Assembly: GCA_964469565.1 (NCBI GenBank)
Contig: CAYXZD010000005.1
Location: 43,463-107,462 of the forward strand
Source of the DNA: an uncultured Planctomycetaceae bacterium
GTDB taxonomy: Bacteria; Planctomycetota; UBA1135; GCA-002686595
Direction: 5' to 3'
Length of the DNA stretch: 64,000 nt
The notes beneath the pieces are model-generated. The model was given only the letters and a program-made list of their open reading frames with translations, did not search any database and was not told the origin of the DNA. Positions 37,449 through 46,504 of the stretch are shown one piece after another. A program made the position numbers and the translations under genes. Each line of letters begins with the position of its first letter. The stretch's first letter is position 1.

Positions 37449-39122
37449 CTAGCAACCCCGTTCCCCTAAGCCCTTAGCACTCATCCACACACCCAAGATG
37501 ACAAGGCATACTAGGATCCACAGTACCGGCCAACGTACTCCATCGAGGCGTTGACCCAGGTCTACCCATGCCAAGTGCCCGAATCCACGCAACTGTGGGT
37601 GAGAAGGCTCGAGTGCATCGAGATCATCACGACCCCAGAGGTACTCAGGATCGAACCCTTCGCCGAGCCCCGCCACCCGCTGGCGTAGAATGCGCAAGTG
37701 CACCCAGGGGGCAGCCAATGACAGATCCCAATGGGCTGCTCCAATCCAATTCAGCGAATCCTCTGCCGGGGTGGGTGCAGGGTCCCCCGAGAATCCGGGC
37801 CCCTGTTCATTGGCTTGATTGACGAGATCCAGATGGGTCGCCGGTTGCGTCAGCACTCCCGCGACCTGAATGAGGCTGCCCAGGGCGAACAGACCTGCAA
37901 CTGCAGCACGTCCAACCGCCCCACCCTGGCTCCGCCGTAAACCCAAGGCGACCGCCAACCAGAGGAAGGGCAAGGACGGCAGGAGTAGGCGAGGACCATA
38001 CGTCCACCCCCCATGCCAAAGGGGGTTCGCAGCGGCGGGCAAGAGTGTCGCGAGGAATACGCCCACAAGGACGCGTTCCGTCAGACGCTCCCCTCGTCGG
38101 CGAATGCGCGCAAAGCCCACGGGAACGAGTAACACCAACGGAGCCATCCAGATCAGCCCATGCCCAGGTGAAATCAAAAGCCCCGCAATGCCAGACAACA
38201 AGTGCCCGGGTGAAGACCAAAACGCAAAACCCGCCGGCCTCCAAGCCTGACCCATAGCCATTTGAAACACCGATCCCCCCAGTATTGTGCCGAGAAGTGG
38301 CAACACGATCGCTAGCGCCGCCTGAGAACCCGGTAGCGCCCCTTCCCTGTTGGGCCCCCAGGGGGTCTCCCGGAGTACTGCATAGCCCCGCGTCATGATG
38401 ACTTCAGTGGCGGCGCACAGCACAAAAACAGCCAACAGAGTCTGAGAGCGAGTCATCACGGTCAATCCCAAGCATGAGCCGAGGGCCGCAAGTTCAAGAA
38501 TGCTTGCGTACTCCAACTGAGCGAGCCGAGCCCTAATCCGCAGCAACAGATAGAATGAGAGAAACAGGAGGAACGTCGCAGTTCCATCATCGAGCCCCTC
38601 CATGGACTGGGGCCACGCAAAGGTTGAAAGCCCGTATGAGAGGGCCGCGAACCATGCGAAGGGCCTCTCCACATGCAGGCGGCGGGCAGCCAATAAGACG
38701 AGGACCGCCGTGAGTGCTGCCAAGAGGGGGCCACGCCAAATCAGGGCCAACTCTGAACCGTACGATAGTTCGTGCCCAGTCCTTTTGAATGAACGGGCAT
38801 GGATGGCCGCCACGTCGGGGAATGCCCTTCCAAGGACCGAGCCCGCGGCCATCAAGGGCAGGCCCACTAAATGCTGTACCGGCCCACTGGTTTGAAACCA
38901 AGGGGCCCCAATCTCTCCCGCGTCCGCCTTCTCCACCGACCCCACGCCCTCAGCGATGGCCTCACAGCCCGCGTGATCGGCCATGCGCCGGTCTGCACCT
39001 GCTCGGCCTGCCAATGGACTGGCCATGGTGAGCGTGAACAAGGCCAACATCAAACTGCCCAGACCCCAAGCGAGGACTCGATCGCCTCCCCGGACGGGAT
39101 CACTGGACACATAAGGACTCAT
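37449..39122 (-). CDS. Polytopic integral membrane protein, possibly a GT-C fold (ArnT/PMT-like) glycosyltransferase
   Basis: Start preferred at MSPYVSSDP (CAT 39120-39122), which overlaps the upstream stop as ATGA. At least 10 hydrophobic segments and a size and loop layout reminiscent of ArnT/PMT_2 proteins. No catalytic motif confirmed by eye. Confidence 0.6.
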   Translation of the reverse strand: MSPYVSSDPVRGGDRVLAWGLGSLMLALFTLTMASPLAGRAGADRRMADHAGCEAIAEGVGSVEKADAGEIGAPWFQTSGPVQHLVGLPLMAAGSVLGRAFPDVAAIHARSFKRTGHELSYGSELALIWRGPLLAALTAVLVLLAARRLHVERPFAWFAALSYGLSTFAWPQSMEGLDDGTATFLLFLSFYLLLRIRARLAQLEYASILELAALGSCLGLTVMTRSQTLLAVFVLCAATEVIMTRGYAVLRETPWGPNREGALPGSQAALAIVLPLLGTILGGSVFQMAMGQAWRPAGFAFWSSPGHLLSGIAGLLISPGHGLIWMAPLVLLVPVGFARIRRRGERLTERVLVGVFLATLLPAAANPLWHGGWTYGPRLLLPSLPFLWLAVALGLRRSQGGAVGRAAVAGLFALGSLIQVAGVLTQPATHLDLVNQANEQGPGFSGDPAPTPAEDSLNWIGAAHWDLSLAAPWVHLRILRQRVAGLGEGFDPEYLWGRDDLDALEPSHPQLRGFGHLAWVDLGQRLDGVRWPVLWILVCLVILGVWMSAKGLGERGC

Positions 39123-41335
39123 CGCCCAGCCCCCTGAGTAGAATCCGAATCGGGAGACCAAGCCCAAAGGGTGACCGTACCCTCCCGGTGCAATTCCTTC
39201 GCACCAAACCTCTGCAACTCATGCTCTAGTGTTCCACGAGTCACTTGACGATCATCCTCGGTCACCAGAAAGACCAGCTCACGGCCCAACATTCGCCACT
39301 CGCGTTGAATGCTCGCCACAAATCCGCCCGGCTCACCAAAGGCCTTGCGGATGGCGCGATGGCGAGGAGCCCAACGAGAACTCCTGGGAGCCAGAGCCAA
39401 CCAGCGATCCACCCACAGGGGCATATTTGCATAGAGCACGATGGGACTGGGGCGCACCGGCTCTTGCGTAGCCTCCCCCACAGCCTTGATGAGAATGGGA
39501 GCCGAATCTCGCCCTGCATAGTTCTCCCGCAACCACTTTAGGGCCGCACCCCAGTGGCGGCGTCGAGCCCCCTTGGCTGCCGCCACTTGTGCGGGAGTCG
39601 AGACCACTGTCTGTGAGAGTAACCCATCACCGGGCGCTTCCTCCAACGAAGGTACCTTGGGCACCACGTAAGGCCCGTGCTCGCTCACAGCCTGGGGTTC
39701 GAGCGCAGAGGGCAACAGTGGCCGGAGCACCACGTAATACTGCCTGGCGCCGCCGACCAGGAGCACGATGCCTACCAGCGTCGAAGCTACGCGGGCCGTT
39801 CCTCCCCGATCCCAAGCCTGCATGCACCCCCCCGCGGCGAGAATCCCCAAGGCCCATCCAGCAGTGCGCCCAACACTCGCCGCCCCCCACGCGGGTACAT
39901 TCCAAAGCAAAGCGAGGGGGACACAAGAGAAGCACACCATGGCGACAAACAAACTCCGGTGCTGAGCAATCGCACGGCGCTGGCCGTCAGCACGATCCTT
40001 TGTAACCGCTCCTTCAATGGACTGTGCTCCAACCGCCCAAGCTCGGTGACCCGCTTCAGCGCTCGCCGACGGTTTCGCCAGCCAACCCAAGCAAGCGCAC
40101 AACAGGGGTACTCCCCCCCATAGAATCGCGCCCCCCCCATCCATCCCCTGGCTGCCTGCTAGGACCGGTGCGCTCGCCATTCCGTACAAGCGCAGCAGGT
40201 AAAAACCAGGGAGAGCGGACAAGCACAGGATGAGAAACGAATTCACCGCTGCACCACCGCGCACGCTCCCACAGGCAGCGGCCGTTGCCAACCAAGCCGC
40301 GAGTCCCACGGGCGGATGCAAGACGAGTGCCACGCCGTGGGCCATCCCCATCAAGCCCATCCACGGCCGCCTGCCGTGGCGCAATCCATGGCTCGCAGCC
40401 AGCCAACCTGCGAGCGCGTAGAGCATGGCGCCCGCAGCGCCATCCCCGGGTAGGAAATACAGGCCTAGGGGCCGTGCGGGAGATGCCAAAACTGAAGCCA
40501 TCGTCCCGGACGGCCCATGCAAGCCCCAGCCGCAGAGCGTCCCCCAACCCAACACGCCAAACATGACGGCGAGCAATGTGCGCCGAGCCTCCTGGAAGAC
40601 TGGAGCAGCCAACAGATAGACAATCAGTGGGATCAGAAACGCCGACCACACGCTGATCCACCCCGCCACCATGGAGGGCGCTAGCTTGAGTCCCGCTCCC
40701 AGCAAACTGAGTAGCGCCGCCGAGCCGGGATGGTGAATGAGAGGCGTGCCAGCCAGCCAAGGATTCTCTAGGGGCAATCCGCGTTGCAAACTTGCCGCTA
40801 GGCCAGACTGGAACACGGATCCTTCAGACTGCAACCGCAGGGCTGGGTTCTCGCCTAGCAACATCCAGCCCCAAAACACGGCTACTCCAATTGCCAATCC
40901 TAGGGTTGCTTTAGCCGCTCCGCCTAATGCATCGGTTGACAAAGACCTGCCAAGACTCGCCACTTGCAGGAGGGCCAATACTCCAAACGTTGCGGGCCAA
41001 ACCCAGTCTGGATCCAATGTCGCATGGCAGAGCCCCCATGCGGCAAGTGTGACGAGCGGGGAGAGCAGGCTTGCATACACAACGACCTTGAGTAGGGACG
41101 GTTCATGGGGGGCCCAGCGCATGAGCACAGGAAAGCCCGCTCCAAAGAACAGCATCAAGGCACCGGTCCAGCGCAGAACACTAAGGTCTGCATTGCCTGC
41201 GTGGGCGAGGGCGGCGAGGCCAGAGCAGGTCGCGAGGGCCTCTGCGCACAGGGAAGCCCCTCGGGATGTGCGCCCTACACTCGGAGTCAGGGTGCCCAAA
41301 CTAATCCGCCTTAGCCCGATCAGGGGTTGGAGCAT
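39119..41335 (-). CDS. Large polytopic integral membrane protein with a C-terminal soluble domain of about 170 aa, function unknown (possibly GT-C or polymerase/ligase-like)
   Basis: 738 aa ORF. Many Gly/Ala/Leu/Trp-rich TM segments across about 550 aa, then a hydrophilic C-terminal domain. The listed start would overlap the upstream gene by 35 nt, so the true start is uncertain. Confidence 0.6.
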   Translation of the reverse strand: MLQPLIGLRRISLGTLTPSVGRTSRGASLCAEALATCSGLAALAHAGNADLSVLRWTGALMLFFGAGFPVLMRWAPHEPSLLKVVVYASLLSPLVTLAAWGLCHATLDPDWVWPATFGVLALLQVASLGRSLSTDALGGAAKATLGLAIGVAVFWGWMLLGENPALRLQSEGSVFQSGLAASLQRGLPLENPWLAGTPLIHHPGSAALLSLLGAGLKLAPSMVAGWISVWSAFLIPLIVYLLAAPVFQEARRTLLAVMFGVLGWGTLCGWGLHGPSGTMASVLASPARPLGLYFLPGDGAAGAMLYALAGWLAASHGLRHGRRPWMGLMGMAHGVALVLHPPVGLAAWLATAAACGSVRGGAAVNSFLILCLSALPGFYLLRLYGMASAPVLAGSQGMDGGGAILWGGVPLLCACLGWLAKPSASAEAGHRAWAVGAQSIEGAVTKDRADGQRRAIAQHRSLFVAMVCFSCVPLALLWNVPAWGAASVGRTAGWALGILAAGGCMQAWDRGGTARVASTLVGIVLLVGGARQYYVVLRPLLPSALEPQAVSEHGPYVVPKVPSLEEAPGDGLLSQTVVSTPAQVAAAKGARRRHWGAALKWLRENYAGRDSAPILIKAVGEATQEPVRPSPIVLYANMPLWVDRWLALAPRSSRWAPRHRAIRKAFGEPGGFVASIQREWRMLGRELVFLVTEDDRQVTRGTLEHELQRFGAKELHREGTVTLWAWSPDSDSTQGAGR

Positions 41336-42752
41336 TGCTGCGAACCCAGTCTACGATTCGCTGGCGCATGCGATCGACGATGGCGATTCGGTTCATGGAT
41401 GTGTCTAGGGCCAACTGTTTGAGATTCATGACAGGGTGCAGTCGCATATGCCCTCGCCCACCCCGTAAGACCCACTCACTTGCCACTAGACGGAACTCTT
41501 CCTCGCGAATGCTGTAGAGCAACCGATCGGGGTCTAGCCCGATGACCGGGTAAACCGCCCCAAGGGATTCCTCCCTCAGAGGGCCGAGGCCTGGAAGAGG
41601 AGCTTGATGGTTATCGGCCCGTGTGGTTTCCCCCGAATGCCCCAACCACGCGAGCACGCTGGGAGCCACGCGCTGCAAGCCCACGAGTTCATCTAGGGTG
41701 TACCGATCTGCCCGCCCGCCAGACTCTTCAAAAGCCACCGGTTGCACCCAGGGCATACCCAGCAACCAGGCGGGCCACCGGCCTGGCCCATGAAAGAGAA
41801 GCGGCACGCCGAGCATGTCGTCCTCAAGGCCCGATACTCGGGGCCAAGCGTCCCCTACTGGAAGGCTCATCCCACGGACTCCACACACAACCAGGCCCGT
41901 CTCAGCCCAAGTCGCTGGGCTCCGGTCGTGAAACCCCTGAAAAAAAGCCGCAAGCCGCGCACTCACGACTGTGAGCTCCCCGTCATACAGGTCCTGGAAA
42001 TGGCGCGCATCGGCTGGAGCGATATGAGCCCTATCCTCCGCCCAGATACCCTCCCTAAACTCCCCAGTACCCTCGGCATTTCCAACATACTCGGGGTCTG
42101 CAAACCAGCTGCAAGCGGGCTTGGGCAACTCAGAGGACCCCGGCCATGCAGCGGCCCCCCCTTCCATGGGCAGCTGAGGCCCCTCAAGGTGAAGCCAAAG
42201 AAAGAACGGTTCGACACGCGCCGCTTCTTCAAACCCCATGAGCCACTCCCCCGCAGCCTGTATGGCTGACTCGTCAGATGCGAAGAATCGAAGCTCGCCC
42301 AGTCCACGCTCTAAGCCGGGCGCGAGGGATGCACTTGCGCGCGAGACAAATGCGCAAGTTTCATAATCCAATGCTGACAACACTTCGGCAATCGTCCTGC
42401 TTGCAGAGTTGAGTGAATCCCCTGGAACACGGATGCCCGTCTGAAGCGGATTGGCCCCGGTCATCAATGTTGCAAGCGAAACATTCACATGGGGTGAAGG
42501 AGAGAACGCTTGAGCGTATACGGTCGATTGCTGGGCAAGTCCATCCAGCGAGAATGGCTCAGCTGGAGCACCTCGGTCGGGTCCAGTGGTCTTGCGCGGG
42601 TAGAGCATGAACGAGCAATGGTCCGCGCGCAGGCCGTCGACCGTCACCATCAGGATGTGTCGAGGAAGGGCGGGTGCGGGGACTTGCGGGCTGCACGAGG
42701 CCCACGCAAGGGCGCCGAGCAGGGTGATTCCAAGTGGCTTGCAAACAGACAT
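41301..42752 (-). CDS. Sulfatase-like lipoprotein (alkaline-phosphatase superfamily) lacking an obvious CxPxR formylglycine motif
   Basis: Start preferred at MSVCKPLGITLLGALAWASCS (lipobox-like; CAT 42750-42752). ILMVTVDGLRADH is the canonical sulfatase/AP-superfamily metal-binding N-terminus. The expected C/S-x-P-x-R position reads FSPSPHVNVSLATLMTG. Confidence 0.7.
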   Translation of the reverse strand: MSVCKPLGITLLGALAWASCSPQVPAPALPRHILMVTVDGLRADHCSFMLYPRKTTGPDRGAPAEPFSLDGLAQQSTVYAQAFSPSPHVNVSLATLMTGANPLQTGIRVPGDSLNSASRTIAEVLSALDYETCAFVSRASASLAPGLERGLGELRFFASDESAIQAAGEWLMGFEEAARVEPFFLWLHLEGPQLPMEGGAAAWPGSSELPKPACSWFADPEYVGNAEGTGEFREGIWAEDRAHIAPADARHFQDLYDGELTVVSARLAAFFQGFHDRSPATWAETGLVVCGVRGMSLPVGDAWPRVSGLEDDMLGVPLLFHGPGRWPAWLLGMPWVQPVAFEESGGRADRYTLDELVGLQRVAPSVLAWLGHSGETTRADNHQAPLPGLGPLREESLGAVYPVIGLDPDRLLYSIREEEFRLVASEWVLRGGRGHMRLHPVMNLKQLALDTSMNRIAIVDRMRQRIVDWVRSNAPTPDRAKAD

Positions 42753-42790
42753 GGAGAAGGATTCGTGGCTCGCCACCTTACCGAGCAAGC

Positions 42791-44341
42791 CTAGAGTGCG
42801 CCAATGCCCCACAGTGGCCGTACCCACAATTGGAACACAAGGGTGATCAAACCGACCGTCAGCAGATTGAGCCACACGCCCGCCTTGACCATGGCAGGAA
42901 TCGGGATCCGGCGACTCGAAAAGACTACGGCATTGGGTGGGGTTGCGACGGGCATCATGAAGGCTGCAGAGGCTGCGAGGGTCGCTGGAAGCATGACGAG
43001 CAGGGGATCGAGGCCAGCAGCGATCCCTGCTGAGGCGATGACGGGTAGAAGTACAGCCGTAGTGGCCGTGTTTGAAGTCACCTCCGTGAGCAGGCTCATG
43101 AAAAGTGCCACGGCAGCCACAATGACCCATGTGGAGGTCCCACGCATGAGGGGAGCTAGGCCCGCACCCAACAACTCATCTAGCCCGCTGACCTGAAACC
43201 CCTTCGCCAGACAAAAACCTCCTCCCAAAAGCAGCAGCACTTCCCAAGGCAGCTTGACAGCAGTGCGCCAGTTCATGAGATACCGCCCCCCACCCACCGG
43301 CAGAACGAAGCAAAGCAACGCCATGCACGATGCAACGGTGGCATCGGAAATGTCATTCTTGTGCTGGGCGTACCAGACTGGATCAAGGGCCTCTGGCCCA
43401 AGGAACAACCTTGACCATCCCCGCAACTGAAGGCTACCCAGCTGTAGATCTGCCCGGGTCACCCACAGCACCGCAGTCAGCGCAAAGACCCCTGACATTA
43501 TCCACTGGGGCCGAGTGATCGGCCCGAGGGCAAGCCGTTCCTCCGCCAGCAAATCTCCTCGCGAGGTGGCCTCATGTGGAATGTGATACACCCAGCGGGT
43601 GAGCACCCACCACGCGCATGGAACAAACAGGGCAACAAGGGGCCCCCATCCCAGCAGCCACTGCCCGAATCCAATTTTCATTCCATCGGGGAATCGCATT
43701 TCATACTGGCCCAAGAACTCTTGGTTGGGCGCAGTCCCCACAGGCGTCCCCATCCCGCCCACAGAGGCCGAGTAAGCCACCCCCAAAAGCAAACAAAGTC
43801 CGAAGGGCGTCGTGCGCGTAGTCTCCCCCTCGATGCGACCGAGAACCGCCATGGCGATGGGCAACATGAGCAGGGTCGTGGCAGTATTGTTGATCCACAG
43901 GGACAAAAACGCAGAGGCCACCATGAACCCTAGCACTAGATTCCGGCGAGAGTTCCCCACGCGCGAGATGATCCAGAGCGCCATGCGCCGGTGAACGCCC
44001 CAACGCTCGAGCCCGAGGGCGATAATGAAGGCACCGATGAACAACATGACAAGGTCGCGCATATAGACGGGCGCAACGTCACGGGCAGGCAGCACTCCTA
44101 GGAGAGGAAACAAAACTGCTGGCAGCAAGGATGTGGCACCAATCGGGATGGCGACTGTGATCCAAAGTGTCGCGGTAAGCGCCGTTGTGGCAGCAACACT
44201 GCGCTGCAGTGGGGTCAAACCCATTCCAGGCCAAGCCAGCAGACCGAAGAACGCGATGATACCGAAGGCCAACCCCCAGCGCCGCGCCTTGGGGCTCCCC
44301 CGCTCCTCCGGGGACTCCGCCTCTAATCCTGGACGTCTCAC
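42791..44341 (-). CDS. DASS/SLC13-family sodium-coupled anion symporter (di/tricarboxylate or sulfate type)
   Basis: 516 aa, polytopic, with the internal-repeat architecture and SNT-type hairpin motifs (WINNTATTLLMLPI, LLTEVTSNTATTAVLLPV). The GTG start overlaps the cutA stop (GTGA). Confidence 0.85.
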   Translation of the reverse strand: MRRPGLEAESPEERGSPKARRWGLAFGIIAFFGLLAWPGMGLTPLQRSVAATTALTATLWITVAIPIGATSLLPAVLFPLLGVLPARDVAPVYMRDLVMLFIGAFIIALGLERWGVHRRMALWIISRVGNSRRNLVLGFMVASAFLSLWINNTATTLLMLPIAMAVLGRIEGETTRTTPFGLCLLLGVAYSASVGGMGTPVGTAPNQEFLGQYEMRFPDGMKIGFGQWLLGWGPLVALFVPCAWWVLTRWVYHIPHEATSRGDLLAEERLALGPITRPQWIMSGVFALTAVLWVTRADLQLGSLQLRGWSRLFLGPEALDPVWYAQHKNDISDATVASCMALLCFVLPVGGGRYLMNWRTAVKLPWEVLLLLGGGFCLAKGFQVSGLDELLGAGLAPLMRGTSTWVIVAAVALFMSLLTEVTSNTATTAVLLPVIASAGIAAGLDPLLVMLPATLAASAAFMMPVATPPNAVVFSSRRIPIPAMVKAGVWLNLLTVGLITLVFQLWVRPLWGIGAL

Positions 44342-44715
44342 TTGCCCTCCGGCGTGCTCGGATCTGGACCATCAGCTGCGTGGTCTAGGGATGGAGGGGC
44401 CACTGTGAGGGCCCAAGCACCGTAGGCAGCAGACACGTGGGTACAGTCAAGTGCCACGAACTCAGGAGTCTCGTAAGGGTGCAGAGCTAGAACGCGTTCC
44501 TCGAGTTGAGCCACTCGCTCGGAGGGGACCTTGAGAAAGAGCAAGACCTCCTCGGTCTCTTGCAGCTCATCCTCCCAAATGTAGTGGCTCTTCAGCCTAG
44601 GCATCACCTGTGCGCAGGCCACGAGCCGCTCTTGAACGATCTGGCGTGCAAGACGAGAAGCCGTCACCTCATCGGGTGCTGTGACGAATACGGCGCTCAA
44701 GACAGGGAGGGTCAT
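44338..44715 (-). CDS. cutA: Divalent-cation tolerance protein CutA
   Basis: RLVACAQVMPRLKSHYIWEDELQETEEVLLFLKV...LHPYETPEFVAL is the classic CutA1 motif pattern. 125 aa. Confidence 0.88.
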   Translation of the reverse strand: MTLPVLSAVFVTAPDEVTASRLARQIVQERLVACAQVMPRLKSHYIWEDELQETEEVLLFLKVPSERVAQLEERVLALHPYETPEFVALDCTHVSAAYGAWALTVAPPSLDHAADGPDPSTPEGK

Positions 44716-44816
44716 GCCGGTCCGAGGATAGCGAGTGGAGGGGCCCTACGCACCGCTCCAAGTTGACGATCAGTGTATAGAACGGAGCCCAGCAGACGGA
44801 TTACAATGGCCCTAAC

Positions 44817-45710
44817 GTGAACCTCCTCCACAGCCTCATCATCAAGACCCTCCCTCTGATCCCCCAGGGGGTCATGCGCCGACTCTCCGCCCGCTACATT
44901 GCAGGAGAGACTCTTTCCGAAGCGCTCCACGTCCTTCAGAGTAACGCGGAAAATGGCTTCGGCGGGGTCCTAGACATTCTTGGCGAGGGGGTGAGTGATG
45001 AAGCCGAGGCGCGTGCGGCCCACGCGATGTACAAGGCCGATGCCGACGCATTGCATGCAGCGGGAATCGATGCCTACATCTCCATCAAGCCAACACACCT
45101 TGGCCTCGCCTTCAGCCCGGACCTCGCCTTGGAACTCTACGCAGACCTAGCTCAACACTGCGGGGGCTTGGACCAGTTCATTCGTGTCGAGATGGAAGAC
45201 CATCCCACGACGGATGCCACCCTGGCTGTTTTCCACAAGCTGCGGGAGGCCCACTCGAATGTGGGCATCGTATTACAGTCGAGGTTGTTCCGGACACCCA
45301 GCGATATCGCAGCATTGGGAGGCTCACCCATTGATGTGCGCATGGTGAAAGGCATCTACCTCGAGCCCCCCAGCGTGGCCCACTGCGAGCACGCCGCTAT
45401 CTCACGCGCATTCGTCGAGTGCACCGAGCAGCTGTGGGCCGCGGGGCACCGGGTCGCATTGGCCACCCACGATGGGGAGATGGCTGATCGCTGCATGGAG
45501 ATCGCACACGCACAGGGCGTCGCCCCCGATCGCTATGAGTTTGAAGTATTACTCGGCGTGCAGCAGCCCCTTTGGGACAAGTGGAAGTCGGCCGGCCACA
45601 AGGTTCGGGTCTACGTTCCTTATGGACCGGAGTGGCGCACGTATTCCCAGAGGCGGCTAGGAAAGAACCCAGAGATTCTCGGACATCTGATGCGCAACCT
45701 CCTGCGCTAG
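44817..45710 (+). CDS. Monofunctional proline dehydrogenase
   Basis: YIAGETLSEAL, ISIKPTHLGL, VRVEMEDHPTTDATL, IVLQSRLFRT, VRMVKGIYLEP, ATHD, EFEVLLGV, VRVYVPYGPEWRTYSQRRLGKNPE. The start is a GTG as listed (alternative at M20, 44874). Confidence 0.88.
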   Translation: MNLLHSLIIKTLPLIPQGVMRRLSARYIAGETLSEALHVLQSNAENGFGGVLDILGEGVSDEAEARAAHAMYKADADALHAAGIDAYISIKPTHLGLAFSPDLALELYADLAQHCGGLDQFIRVEMEDHPTTDATLAVFHKLREAHSNVGIVLQSRLFRTPSDIAALGGSPIDVRMVKGIYLEPPSVAHCEHAAISRAFVECTEQLWAAGHRVALATHDGEMADRCMEIAHAQGVAPDRYEFEVLLGVQQPLWDKWKSAGHKVRVYVPYGPEWRTYSQRRLGKNPEILGHLMRNLLR

Positions 45711-45730
45711 TGCTCCCCCTGCGAGCGGGC

Positions 45731-46492
45731 CTACTTTCCCATCTGCAGCCGCCGAGCCAACATTTCACTCAATACACCCGTGGCGAGGATCTTATCCATC
45801 GTCGACCTAAAGTCGTAGGACACCCTGTGCCAGGTTACTTGGTTTTCTTCGAGAACTGCGTAACAGGCCCGGTTGTCGTTATCCCTCGGTTGCCCGACAG
45901 ATCCGATATTGACCAGAGCCTTCTCTCCTTGGGGCAATGCAAGGGTGTGTTGCGTAGTACCACCCAACCCTCGGAACTGTAAGTCTTCGCCGAACATGCC
46001 CGGGTAGTGAGTGTGGCCGCCGAAGGCGACCCCCTCAAATGAAGCAAAGATGCCGCGCAGCTTCTCAGAGTTGAGCATGCCATCCGTCGACATCACATAC
46101 TCGCGAACTGGATCGCGCGGAGAGCCGTGTACGAACAAGAAACGTCCCTCGCGGTGTGTAAACGCCAGATTCTGAATCCACTTCCAACGAGCCTTGCGCG
46201 CACTAGAGCTGTACCAACGCGGACGCATGCGCGCACGTGTATAATCAATGGCTCCGCGCGCGTGGGGATTGAAGTCTGCTGCGCCGTGAAACAACGCTTG
46301 GTCGTGATTCCCCATCAGTGCGACCTCGGCATGCTGTCGGACCAAGTCGACACAGATTTCGGGTTCAGCCCCGTAGCCCACCACGTCGCCTAGGCAGAAG
46401 ATACGCTCAATGGACTGGGCGCGGATGTGCCCTAAAACTGCTTCGAGTGCCTCCCGATTGGAATGCAGATCTGAAATGAGAGCAATCTTCAT
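45731..46492 (-). CDS. Metallophosphoesterase (calcineurin-like, YfcE/PrpE-like)
   Basis: MKIALISDLHSN (motif I DxH), GDVVGYG (GDxxDRG-like), GNHD, HGS, GHTH. The complete set of metallophosphatase motifs is present. Confidence 0.88.
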   Translation of the reverse strand: MKIALISDLHSNREALEAVLGHIRAQSIERIFCLGDVVGYGAEPEICVDLVRQHAEVALMGNHDQALFHGAADFNPHARGAIDYTRARMRPRWYSSSARKARWKWIQNLAFTHREGRFLFVHGSPRDPVREYVMSTDGMLNSEKLRGIFASFEGVAFGGHTHYPGMFGEDLQFRGLGGTTQHTLALPQGEKALVNIGSVGQPRDNDNRACYAVLEENQVTWHRVSYDFRSTMDKILATGVLSEMLARRLQMGK

Positions 46493-46504
46493 CGATTAGC
46501 CATG

